A DNA stretch of 64,000 bases, from positions 58,280,001 to 58,344,000 of the forward strand of contig OZ024741.1 in the NCBI GenBank assembly GCA_964016885.1, given 5' to 3'. Below are positions 51,901 to 64,000 of the stretch, piece by piece; position 1 is the stretch's first letter; each line of letters opens with the position of its first letter. A model generated the notes under the pieces. It saw nothing but the letters and a program-made list of their open reading frames with translations, was not told where the DNA came from and made no database searches. The translations under genes were made by a program, and so were the position numbers. This DNA comes from Eledone cirrhosa. Lineage: Eukaryota.

Positions 51901-52190
51901 ATGGTGTGAGTGTGTATGTATGCATGTTTGTTGTGAGTTTGTGGATAGCATTGGTTTGGTGTAGACTTGTTCGCGTTCAAGCAAAGGCAATTTACACCCA
52001 TAGTTGTGTGTGTGTGTGTGCAAGAGAGAGGTCAATCGAAGTACTGGACTGGTACTTTATTTGTGGACCTTGGTGAGAGAAAGCCGAAATGAATACTGCA
52101 AAGTTTTGTGTTCAACATTTTAGCAAGTCTACTACTTTTCCACTTTACTACAAGCTTTACAATCAGTAAATGGAGTTATAGTGTGTTGTG

Positions 52191-52373
52191 GATTGGCAGT
52201 ATTGGTAGAGGGTCGGACACCATGCTTTGCAGCATAGTTACGTCCCTTTATGATCTGAGTTCAAATCCCACCGAGGTTAACTTTGCCTTTCATCCTTATG
52301 GGGTCGATAAAATAAAGCACCAGTAATGCACTTGGATAATTGCTGGCCTTGTGCCAAAAATAGAAACAATTAT
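52191..52373 (+). mobile_element. SINE family A, full length
   Basis: gattggcagtattggtagagggtcgg..gagttcaaatccc..gaaacaattatt. Confidence 0.92.
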
Positions 52374-53444
52374 TTTAGTGTGTTGTGTGGCCATGCTAGA
52401 GCCCCACCAGCAGTTAGTGAATATTGATTTTTATCTTAGAGCGCAAGGCCATAGATTTTGAAGGGAGCAGCCAACTATATCGCTCCATCCTCCTTCATCT
52501 CGCATAGTATTGATTTGTACTTATTTTATTGATTCTAGAATGATGAAAGACAAAATTGACCTCAACAGGATCTGATTATCCTAACAAATATTAAAGCAAT
52601 ATTGTCAATCACTTGAAACGGAACACGCAAATGAATACTTTAACGAAGATTAAATTAATGAGGTTAAAAGTTCAATCAATTAATGTGAAAAAGACTGCGA
52701 TAGAATTCCACTTAACCTTGAACATACAAAAATATTTATGAAGTTTCTGTGAAAATAAGTATAAAATTGCTGACAGGTGTGAAATAGGTGACGAATTATT
52801 CAATTTATTTTTTTATTACGCTTGGATTTTTTTTAAAGCAAATAACGTCCATGAAGAACTATGTTTGGGATAAATAATTTGTTAAAAAAAACCACCTATA
52901 GCTTTTAAAGGAATACTGAAGATTGTGTATGTTTCTTTACATATAACATTTTCAATGTACCTACCTATTAATCTCATCTTCATTTTACATACATTGACAA
53001 TGTTCCATATTTTTTTGAATTAGTGAAGTCACATAACTTAGTGTTTAGGATTTGTTGAACTCACAACCATAAGAATGTGGGTTCGATTTCTAGACTTGAT
53101 GGTGCATTGTGTTCTTAAGCCAGATACTTCATTTTATATTGCTTTTCATGATAGGACTGAAACACCCAAGAAACCTATGAGATACAGCCTCTAGGAGATC
53201 TGCTAAATCTATATAAGAATGAGCTGTAACAACAACATGATAGGACGGGGGTTCCTTTTATTAAACCAGAGATACCTCATAGTAGGCCAGCTAAACTTAC
53301 ATGGGTGTGAGCTGTAACTTTCATTTTTTTTTTTTTTCATATATTTGGAATTAAGGTTTTGTAACTCCAATAGATAAGTTACAGAATGTTTTCTTTTTTT
53401 TTTTTTACACATATTTTTCTGGAGAAAGGTGTCATTTGATAGCA

Positions 53445-53483
<39 letters not shown>

Positions 53484-54817
53484 CACATATATATATGTAT
53501 TTATACATATATATATAATATACACATGTATAAGTTACACCTCCATTTAACATAGATTTACAATGTACCATATATCATTTTAAATTGGGTTTTGTAGACC
53601 CAACTTGTAAGTCATGTACTGGTTTTTCACATTTTCATAAAGGTGTCATATGTATATATACAAGTAAATGGAAAACAAGAGCAAAATGACACAGTACAAT
53701 CGAGATATTAATTTAATGCTTGATACAGTAGTCTCAATCTTTTGGACACTAGTCCTTGATCAGAAGATAGAATGAGAAATAAAGAATAAGATAGAGGAGA
53801 ATTTGAAGAGGAAGATACAGGGAAACATTTTTTTTTTTTTTTTTTGAGAAAAAGCATGTGTTCAGTCAGCCATTTTGGGGAAGTATATATGAATTTTATA
53901 TTTTTTGTTTGAATGAAGTAGAAGTATGTCACAGATGATTCATTTCTAAAGGGGTAGTGAAGATTAATAATTTAGTGGCAAATATATATATACACATGTG
54001 ATGAGTGTCATTATCATAGTCATCAAAATAGGAGGTCAGAAGAGAGGAATATGTGAAAGAAGGAATATGGTACTGAGAAGAGAAGTAAGTCATATGAAGG
54101 AGGAAGAATAGTCATGGGTGGGATTGTGGAATGAGAACAAGAGGGGGTTTGGAAGAGAGGGACATCTGAAATAAAGACTCTGATTGAGGTCCAGAAAAAA
54201 TATCAGAAAGCAAGGATGGATAGTGAGAGGGGAGGGGAACGTTAGGAGAGCTACTCATGTGGGAGGGGCATGTGATATATTGGATAAGGAGAGAGGGAGG
54301 AGGGAAGCTGGAGGAGGAGGGGCCATATGAGAGAGTGTCTAAAACAGATTTGATTTAGAATATTTAATGCATAAACTGCCTAGAATACATTTTTTTTTCT
54401 TTTGATTTCTCAACTATCTTCTGCTAGGCTATAAGGGCATATGCCATTTAGGAAGTTTCATGTAGCACAAATCATTTACAGCTGTCATAAAATGAAATAA
54501 TTTTACCTCCTCCCGGCACAAGTTACAACATGCATTACATAAAAATTCAATGAATATTCAGAGATTTTAGCTATGAGCTGCAAAAGAGTTATTTGCATGC
54601 AGACTCTAACAAATTGAACACCCACAAAATAAAATGCCTATTGCGACTGGTCAGTTCATTATCGTACTGTTCAAGATGGGTTGAACAATCCAAAATCACA
54701 AATTTATAAACACAGAAATTATAATTTTAGTTTTTACACATTAATCTGCAATTTTTAGCAATGGGGACAATAGTTTTGGAATGAATATAATTTTCTAAGA
54801 ATTATCATGTATAAAGT

Positions 54818-55195
54818 AGGCACATGGATTAGTGGTTAGAGCATTGGCCTTGTAATTGAAAGGCTGCGAGTTCAATTCTCAGACCGGGTGATGTGTTGTT
54901 TCCTTGAGCAAGACACTTTATTTCACATTGCTCCAGTTTACTCAACTGTAGAAATGAGATGATAGGACTGGGGTCCATATCATTCCACTGCAAAGTGGTC
55001 GTGGAGGTGCCACGGCAAAATAGCACCCAGCCCACACTGTAAAGTGGACGTGGAGGCGCCACAGAAAAAAAGCACCCAGCACTCACTGTAAATGAGGTTG
55101 ATGTTAGGAAGGGCATCCAGCTATAGAAATCAAGTCAGAATCGGTTCCCGTCCCACCCTTGCAAGCAGGGAAAAGCGGACGTAAAATGATGATGA
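54818..55195 (+). mobile_element. CORE-type SINE head followed by an RTE 3'UTR with (GAT)n tail
   Basis: ttagtggttagagc, gagttcaattc, ccttgagcaagacacttt, then cacactgtaaa..gttaggaagggcatccagct..ggacgtaaaatgatgatga. Confidence 0.75.
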
Positions 55196-56009
55196 AAGTA
55201 AGTTACTCTCACATGTATTGCCCCAAAACTGTAAGATAGTTTGATGCTTCAGTTTATTATTATATCTTTCTGAAGTACTAAAGCTCATGTGGATGTTGCT
55301 TCATGATCCCAGTGGAGAGAATTGCAAAGGCGTTACCTTGGATGATAGCAAGAAAAATAAGCTGAAAGAGACATTCAAAAGCTCTCTCCTTTTTTGAAAG
55401 CTAAGTGATAGAATGTAGGATTTTGTTTTTAGTAAGTATAAAATCTTTATTTAACCCTTTTCATACCAACCTTGCCAAACTTGGCTCTGGTTCTATGAAA
55501 CAAAACTATGCATTTAAAAGGGCTCCTGTTTATATTTAAATAATGGTTTTTACAGCTGGGTGAACTGAAAACGTTGAAACAGTGAAGAAGTGTGAAATAT
55601 AAAACACAAGGTTTCTTCTTTGTAACAGATGTTTATGACTTGATGTCCTCATTAAAGGTAATCTTTTTAACTGTGAGAAACAGTGATAAGGCATGGCCTA
55701 ACTACCTTACAGCTAGTCTATAACTGCATGTTATCTCAAAACAGCTGCAATTCTCCACATATTGCACAGAATATCATATCATTACCATAAAAGGGTATAT
55801 AAAGTGTGATGTCTTAGTTTTTCTTATTTAGTATTCTTTTACTGGTTTCAGTCAGACTATGGCCATTCTGGGACTCACCTTGAAGAGAGGTAGCCATCAT
55901 ATCAACCCCAGTACTTGTGTTATTTTTTTAGTGACTGGTACTTATTTTATCTATTCTTGTTGAACCACTAATAAACAAAAACGCATGCATACATACACAC
56001 ATATATATA

Positions 56010-57030
56010 TAATCATTTAACCACTTTTCTTTTTTACCTGCCAGCAGGCATGGGATGGGTGGTCACAGACTGTCAGATGTCAAGCAGAGCTCTCAGATGG
56101 ACCAAAGGCTGGCATCTAACTGAGATATTTTTGCATATGCATTATCATTATGATCGTTTTGTGTCAGCTTTTCTATGCTTGATTGGGTTGGATGGGTCAT
56201 TTCTAGCACAGCATCCCTCCACTTTTTGTAGTCTTTTGTCATCTCTTCTGTGAACTTCAGCGATCTCAGATCAGCTCTCCCAATTTCCCTAGTCTGCAGT
56301 TTCCTTCCACCAGGATTTCTTGGCACTTCACCCAACTATCATCTTCCATACCCATCACATAACCATACTAGCACAGTCTTTCTTTCATGAAAACTACAGT
56401 CTTCTCTCTTGCACACTACATCTAATTCCTCTTATATCCAGTTTTTCTCTCAGCTCATCTATACTATCGTTATTCATGCATATTAACATTGCACAGCCAT
56501 CAAAGCCTGTTTCCCTCATTCTTCTGAAGCCTTTGCATATCCCATGTTTCACTGTCATGCAACACTGCACTTTGCATGCAGGTATCATACAACAGCCTTT
56601 TGTTCATAGAGAAACCTTTTGTTGTTGACAGAGGTAGTAGCTCCCTGAACTTTTTTCCTCCAGTTTTTATTTTAGCAACTATGCTCTCAGGGCAACCTTC
56701 TCCACTGCTAATTAGATCATTTAGGTAGGAGACGTGATCAATTATTTCTATGGAACCTTCCTGGGATTGGAAAACATATATCACTGATGCTCCAACTATC
56801 CCTGAGCATCTGCCACACATGAAGTCTAGCTTTTCTGTTAGTCTGCCTGCTATCCTAGGATACCTTGTGTACTCAAATTTACATTGTGCACATCATACAG
56901 AGTTTCTACCTACTCTTTTTCTGCACATCAAGCAAGGCTATTTCCCTGGTGGAATCATGGTCCTGTCTGCCTTCCTACTTACCAAAATATTGGTACTTCC
57001 CACATTTACTCTAAGCCCTTTTGACTCTGT
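56010..57030 (-). mobile_element. Older diverged PHD-RTE copy
   Basis: Minus ORFs CGRCSG..EGSIEII..YLNDLISSGEGCPESIVAKI..KKFRELLPL and LREKLDIRGIRCSVQERRL; frameshifted. Confidence 0.85.
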
Positions 57031-57532
57031 TTCCAAAGCTATAATTTCCTTTCTAGCTTTTCCACGGATTCACCTCTAAGTTCCCTCCCTCATCTGTCTT
57101 TCTGATGGGCTTCCTAAAGTTTCCACATATCAATTTTCAGTCACAGGGGCATTGTCAAATTGAAACTATAGTAAAAGAATCTTGCCCAAGGTGCCAGGCA
57201 ATGGAACTGAACTCAAAACCACATCATTGCAAAGTGAACTCCTTAACCACATAGCCATACATGTATCTATTATTGCCAAGATTGTGTTGCAGAAAGAGGT
57301 GAGAAGTTTTTTTCAATAGGTTTTCATAGTTCTTTTTGAGTGCACTTAAAGAAAGACATTCAAATAGCAAGACTATGATATAATGTAAACATCTGTTAAA
57401 TCTTATTCCCCACCCCCATTTATTCACGCCCACCCTGCAGTAAAGAATACTTTGAAATAAGAAAGGATGGTATGAATTGTAAAAAAATAAAAAAAGTATA
57501 GTTAGAAATGATGTAGAAAAAAGAAATAAAGT

Positions 57533-58549
57533 GAGCTATTGATTTAGTCATAGTAATCACGCTCGCTACTGGGTAATGTCAATCCTTCATTGTACACAAT
57601 AAGTATTGTATGTAGCTCTCGCTTTCTCCTCTCTCTTGTAAACCTTCTGTCAAGTCTGCAACTGATTTTCACTGTGTGCAGTGATTGTTTATTCTTGTTC
57701 TTGCTATGCCATGGGCCCTTGACTCCCAATGGAGATGTAGGGGTGCTGTAGTAACATGAGCATTTAAAACATGATAGTGTCCATCCCTCTCTAGGTCTGA
57801 ACACACCTGATTTCTTCCAGAGAAAAAGAGTGGAAGTGAGGGTGGGAAAAAGAATTGACCAGTACTGGACTGGACTACTTTATCAACCTTGAAAGAGTGA
57901 AAGTCAAAGTAACCTCAGTGGGATTTGATCTCGGAGGGCTGAGTCAAAACGAATGCTGTGAAATATCCTGTTCAACATTCAAATGACCCTGCCACTTCGC
58001 TGCCTTAATGCAACTTTTACAATAATGGAGATACTATTTTAGGGAGCTGTGTGGCTCTTAATTCATGGATTCATAGAGTTGCTGTCATAACATTAGCAAG
58101 TCTTGGACATTTATAACCTGGCAGAGCCCATCCTTCTCTAGGTCTGAACAGCTTATTTTGTCCAGAGAAAACAAGAGAAATGAGAAATAGAGGAAGAATT
58201 GACCCCAGTTCTTGACTGGTACTTTACTTATCAACCTCGAAAGGATGAACGGCAAAGTTGATCATGACAGGATTTGAATGCAGAGCACAGAGGGCTGGAA
58301 TGAATATTGCAAAGCATACTATGTAACTTTCAAATGACTGCCAATTTGTCGCTTTGAGCTATTGATTTAGTCGCAGTAATCACACTCACTATTGGGAAAT
58401 GTCAATCCTTCATTGTACAAAATAAATATTGTATGTAGCTTTCTCTCTTTCTTTCTCTCTTTCTTTCTCTTTCTTTCTCTCTTTCTTTCTCTTTCTTTCT
58501 CTCTTTCTTTCTCTCTTTCTCTCTTTCTTTCTCTCTTTCTTTCTCTCTT

Positions 58550-58606
<57 letters not shown>

Positions 58607-58623
58607 TTTTTTCTCTCTCTCTT

Positions 58624-58657
<34 letters not shown>

Positions 58658-58710
58658 GTAAACATTGTCAAGTCTGTGACTGATTTTCACTGTTAGTGGC
58701 GATTGTTTCA
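57533..58710. repeat. Local duplications in order A-B-B'-A', with a CT microsatellite expanded in A'
   Basis: A 57533-57690 resembles A' 58356-58710; B 57781-58005 resembles B' 58127-58350 (includes a SINE remnant). Confidence 0.85.
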
Positions 58711-59126
58711 ATTTATTCTTCTGCTAATGCCCTTGATAAATGCCATAATTGTCATCTTCGATTTCTCTTTCTCATAACTCTAAAGCTTTCATACTAATCA
58801 AGAAACTCTTCTTTGTCACTCTAATGATAATTTTAATTGAGTTAGTAACATCACCTTCTCCATGAATATTTCTTTCCTTTTTTTCCTTTTCTTCTGTTTC
58901 TTTCCTTTTTGTCTCACTCTTTCCTACTTTTTTTCTTTTCTTCCACATTCTCCCCTTTCTTTATTTTTCTTCCTTTCTCTTGCTTGTTCTTTCTTTCTTT
59001 CTTCTTCCCTTTCTTGTTCATCTCCTTCCTTTTTATCTTCTATTTCTCTTCTTCAACAAACTAAAACTGATAAGTGTATACTGGCTGTAAAAAGAAAAAA
59101 AAAATTGTGTGAAAAAAGACTGTTCC

Positions 59127-59213
59127 AAGACTGTTCCATTGATAAAGTGATTCTTCCCCATCCCTGCTCCAAAGACTGTTCCATTGATAAAGTGATTCTC
59201 CCCCACCCTACTG
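59127..59213. repeat. 45-bp tandem duplication
   Basis: aagactgttccattgataaagtgattct.cccca.ccct x2. Confidence 0.9.
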
Positions 59214-60519
59214 TTACATTTTTGATGAACTGCTTTTTTAGAAGAGTTTTCTATTTTCAAAGGTACTTGGAATAATAACCAATTTCCCCCCCCCCTTTCC
59301 AAAGATACACGCATGAAATATAAATGTATAGGAAACCGCGTTAGCAACTGCTGTACTGCGTTAAAGATAATAGCTTTTGTAAATGGTAGTTTTTTCTTCA
59401 AATATGTTTATTAGTATTTGCTATTATTATATCTCATAAAGTTGTTGTACTGGGTGCACACAATTCCAGATTTTTGGGAATATCCAACATGGTGGGTTTT
59501 TTGAAAAGTAAAGAAATCCACTGGGTGAAGAAGAAAATATTCCTGGCTTAATACAGAACAATAAAGACATAAATGTAGAAGAAAAAGTGGAGAGAAAATG
59601 TAGAGAAGCTGTGAATTATATAAAGACATATAATATAAATAATCTTTCCAAATGGATAATTCTTGACAAAGCTTTAATATCAATGAAGAAGAGTTGGTAA
59701 ATTTGATTCAACACTACACAAGCAATATATGCAGAGTATGAGTGGATTTCTTTTATTCTTTTATTAGTTTCAGTCATTTCACAGCAGCTATGCTGGGGTA
59801 CGGCCTTGATTTGGTAAATCATATCAACCACCCAAGTACTTATTTTTTATGCCTAGTACTTATTTTATCAATCTCTTTTTTTTTGGGGGGGGGGGGGGGG
59901 GGGGGGGTTACACTTCTAAGTTACAGGACACTCACACATATATACACGATGGCCTTCTGCAGTTTCTGTCTATCAAATTCCACACAAAAAGCATTGGTCA
60001 ATGTGAGTCTATAGTCGCACACGCACGCACGCACGCACGTACGTACGTATGTATGTATGTATGTATGTATGTATGTAGCTCTACCAGTTTCTGTCTATCA
60101 CATTCCACACAAAAAGACAGACAGAGAGGTTAGTAATGGAAGTAAACCAGTCTCAAAGATAAATGGTTTTGTGATGCGTATTGAATGAGTGAACAAGCTG
60201 TCCATTTCCAGAAGACATAATTATCATCTGTTTTGGACTTTTACAAAGTTGTTTGTTGCAGAGGAAGTATATACTGGTCCCAAAAGAAATTAATACATAT
60301 TAGTTTTCTTTTGCTTTCATTTACATTGCAGTAATTCTCTTCACACATACACATACTCACACATTAATAGGTTTTACAAAGCAAGTGTTCGGAACATTAC
60401 TGTGTATTGAAATAATACCTGCATATTTAATAATTGAAAGAATATGCATAACCTAGTCTTTGTACAGTTAAATTGAATATATGTTATCATTTTATGTCTG
60501 TTTCCCATGGCGACATTGG

Positions 60520-60878
<359 letters not shown>

Positions 60879-61997
60879 ATGCAAAGTATGGGTACATAAA
60901 AGATGTAGTGGGATCACAGGTAAGCTAACTAAAAATATATATTTTATATGTGGCTGGTGCTCTGGTGCAATAAGTAGCAGCAAGTGCCCACAGAATACTA
61001 ACTCATTCCATTGCACAGATGGTTCTATAGAAATAGTGGACAACTTTCGTTACCTGGGTGACAAAAGCAGCAGTGGGGGAGGGTGCTCTGAAAGTACAGT
61101 AGCTAGTCAGAACGGGATGGAAAAAGTTCAGAGAGCTTATACCACTATTGGCCGCTAAAGGGTTCTCTCTAAAAATGAAAGGCAGGCTGTATGATGCCTG
61201 CATACGAACAGCAATGTTACATGGCAGTGAGACCTGGGCATTGTGTGCAGAGGATATACGCAGACTGGAGAGGAACGAAGCTTGCTTGCTCCGCTGGATG
61301 TGTAATAGTAATATACGTGAACGGCAAAGCATAAACGAACTAAGGGAGAAATTAGAAATAAGAGGGATCAGATGTTGTTTACTCGAGAGAAGACTACGTT
61401 GGTATGGTCACGTGATGCGCATGAAAGACGACAGCTGTATAAAAAAATGCAGGGCAATAAAAATAGACGGTAGCCACGGAGTAGGCAGATCCAGAAACAA
61501 CTGGGACGACTTGATAAATTCCGACCTCACACACTTACACCTCTCCAAGACAATGTCACTGGACCGAGATCTTTGGTACTACACAGTAATAGAGAAGACC
61601 CGCCTTACCTAAGTGCAAAGTGAAACCTACTACAGTCAGTAGGCACCTCTAACAAAATACACCCCCGTCCCACTACCCCCACCCCATCCACACCACCCCT
61701 CTCAATGTAAAGTTATGTTGGTACCACAACATCCAGCCCGAAACAAACGAGGTCGTGTAGGTGTCACGACAAAAAAAACACACAGTCCACGCTGTAATGT
61801 GGCCGTGTAGGTAACACGGTAAAAATCTCCCAGTCCACATTGTAATTGTGGTTGGTGTTAGGAAGGGCATCCAGCCGTAGAAAACCCGCCAGACAGTCCT
61901 ATGCGAGCAAGACAACCACTCTTGCCTCAAGTGGGAAAACTCCCGTCCAAACCCATGCAAGCGTGGAAGATGGACGTTAAACGATGATGATGATGAT
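60879..61997 (+). mobile_element. RTE LINE copy 3, 5'-truncated within the PHD finger, complete 3'UTR and (GAT)n tail
   Basis: CKVWVHKRC.., FRYLG, 2-bp deletion at about 61105, ORF 61148-61612. 3'UTR matches 2242-2741. Confidence 0.95.
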
Positions 61998-62022
61998 ATA
62001 TTTATGTATGTATGTATGTATG

Positions 62023-62057
<35 letters not shown>

Positions 62058-62065
62058 GTATGTAT

Positions 62066-63960
62066 ATCATCACCACTTTTGAACATCTATTTTCCATGGT
62101 AGCCTGGATTAGATGAGTTGTCCTGTTGTGAGACAACTCAGATCAGGTGACCATGTCTTGCTCATACAGAACTATTTCTTGCTTAGTTTCTGTGACTTGC
62201 TGCCCTTCCTAATACCAACCACATTCAGTGTGAACTGGGTGCATTTTCTTGTGGCACCAAAATGACCAACTGACGGGGTGGACTAGGTGCTTTTTACCAT
62301 GTCACTAGCTCAACCACCTTACAGCGTGGACTGGCTGCTTATTTGTCATGTCACCAGCACAACCACCTTACAGGGTGGACTGGGTACTCTTTTCTCATGT
62401 CACCACCACAACCATCTTATATGGCGGACTAACGGCTTTTGTTGTATCGCCAACATCTGCATTGTGGGAGAGCATGTTTAGCTTTCCATGGTTGTATACA
62501 TGGGCTGGAGAGGAGAGGTGCATCAGATGTGGAAGGTATGTGGGAGGGTATGTGTATGCAGGATGGGGATTGGAGAAGTAGGTCTAAGGTGGGGTACTTG
62601 GCTGGTGCGAGGGAGGTTAAGATGTGAGAGGTGAATGGACGGGGGAGAGGAGATTTGGTCCACACTAATATCCTCTAGATGTTTACTTCATCCTGTGCAC
62701 ATGGGAAGACAGCTCTTCTCCAATAATGCACACCACCAGAGATCTTGATCCTGTGTCATTACCTTTCAGAGGTTTAATTGTGCAATATCAGTTTTTATCA
62801 CTTCTTTCCATGCTTTCCTAGGTTTTCCTCTTCCATAGTTTGCTTCGGCTTCAAGCACCTTATTCCTTTTTATACAGCTGTCTTCCTCCATATGCATTGC
62901 ATGTCCATACCACCACAATCTCCTTTCCTGCACACTACATCTTACTCCTCTTATGCCCAGTTTCTCTTTCAGTTCATTGATGCTTCACCATTCATGTACT
63001 GCCCTCACAAAGCCACTCATGTATCCCTAGTTTCCTAAGTGCTCACCAGATTACAGAATGGGGGATTTTGTCAAATGCTTTTTCCAGGTCAACAAATGCC
63101 TTTGATGAGGGGCTTACTTTCAGCTAGGTACTTCTCCAGCTGTTGCCTCACAAAGAAGAAAGCATCAGTGGTACTTTTACCTGGCATAATTCAGAACTGC
63201 ATCTCCTCTATCTTAATTTGTTCCCTAATCAGCTATGCAATGACTTTTTCTGTAACTTTCATGACCTTTGATGCCTCAATAGTTTCCTCTCACTAGTGCA
63301 TCTCCTTTGCCTCTGTAGCAGTTGACGATGCTGCTGCTCCACCATTCATTGGGTATGACACCATTTTATATTACTTGCTTTAGGATACAGGTGGTTAAGA
63401 TATGTGCTACTATGACATGCTTTCAGAATTTCAGCATCTATTCTCGATGGCCCAGCTGCTTTACCTATCTTTGCATCTTTAATTGCCTTACTTACTATGC
63501 TGCTGCTGCCTTGTACAGCTGGTCCCTCTGTTGGTCCGATTTTGGTCAAACTATCTTTCTCACATGCATTCTCCTCATTCATCAGCCTCTCATAATAGCC
63601 ATTCCATGCTTTCTTTTCAGTGTCAGTAAGGGCAAGTGTACTATTATCATTTCAGACACACTTCTCCCCAACAACGTCACGATTTACCTTGACACACTAC
63701 CTCACAATCTTGAAAACCTCATGTCTTTGGTCCTCGCATTGCAAAACCTGAATTATTATTTTTTTTCTGCTTCCCTCCTTGCAACATATATTTGTCGCCT
63801 AACCTCTCCTGGTAATGTTCTGTTTCCTCCATTTTGCTATTCTTTCCATGCCTATCTCTTGGCCTTAATTGTTTTATTCACCCTACTATTCCATCACCAA
63901 TTCACTCACCTTTGCCTTGGAACCACAGACCTTGTTTGTGATCCGTTCACCCCATACTAG
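62066..63960 (-). mobile_element. Older degenerate RTE copy (3'UTR at left, RT N-terminal half at right)
   Basis: Minus ORF NEENACEKDSL..GPTEGPAV..VSKAIK..KIGKAAGPS.I.AEILKA is homologous to the 46063 ORF. Tail remnant catcatcacc at about 62066. Confidence 0.85.
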
Positions 63961-64000
63961 CATGGAACATGGAAGTAAAATGATGAGAGTGGGGATGATG

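Noticed and set aside
58367-58711. ERK-rich ORF and complementary SLF-rich ORFs
   Set aside because: CT microsatellite translation. A faint Tc1 HTH resemblance in the flank is too weak to call.
59411-59683. 90-aa minus-strand ORF
   Set aside because: No recognisable homology; overlaps what looks like a MITE end (ctgggtgcacacaa).

Overview
AT-rich, repeat-dense animal genomic DNA. The repeat complement (RTE LINEs with (GAT)n tails, tRNA-derived SINEs, Penelope-like elements, very long TA microsatellites) suggests a coleoid cephalopod such as Octopus; this is an inference. Only two host coding exons are supported, arranged head-to-head about 6.3 kb apart: a THUMPD3-like first exon on the minus strand (16038-15826) and a type II membrane protein first exon on the plus strand (22299-22437, RXYLT1/TMEM5-like, absent from the ORF track). 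The rest is mostly intronic or intergenic repeat. Main points of interest: (1) a Penelope-like element cluster with a GIY-YIG ORF, inverted pseudo-LTRs and three minimal type I hammerhead ribozymes showing covariation; (2) a young RTE family with a complete C4HC3 PHD finger inserted inside the reverse transcriptase, sitting mostly in (TA)n tracts; (3) a ~200-bp foldback palindrome, an unexplained GC-rich structured island, SINE-derived and local tandem duplications, and a CpG-rich/CpG-poor domain pattern. Most ORF-track entries are microsatellite or antisense artefacts. All calls come from reading by eye; no searches were run.
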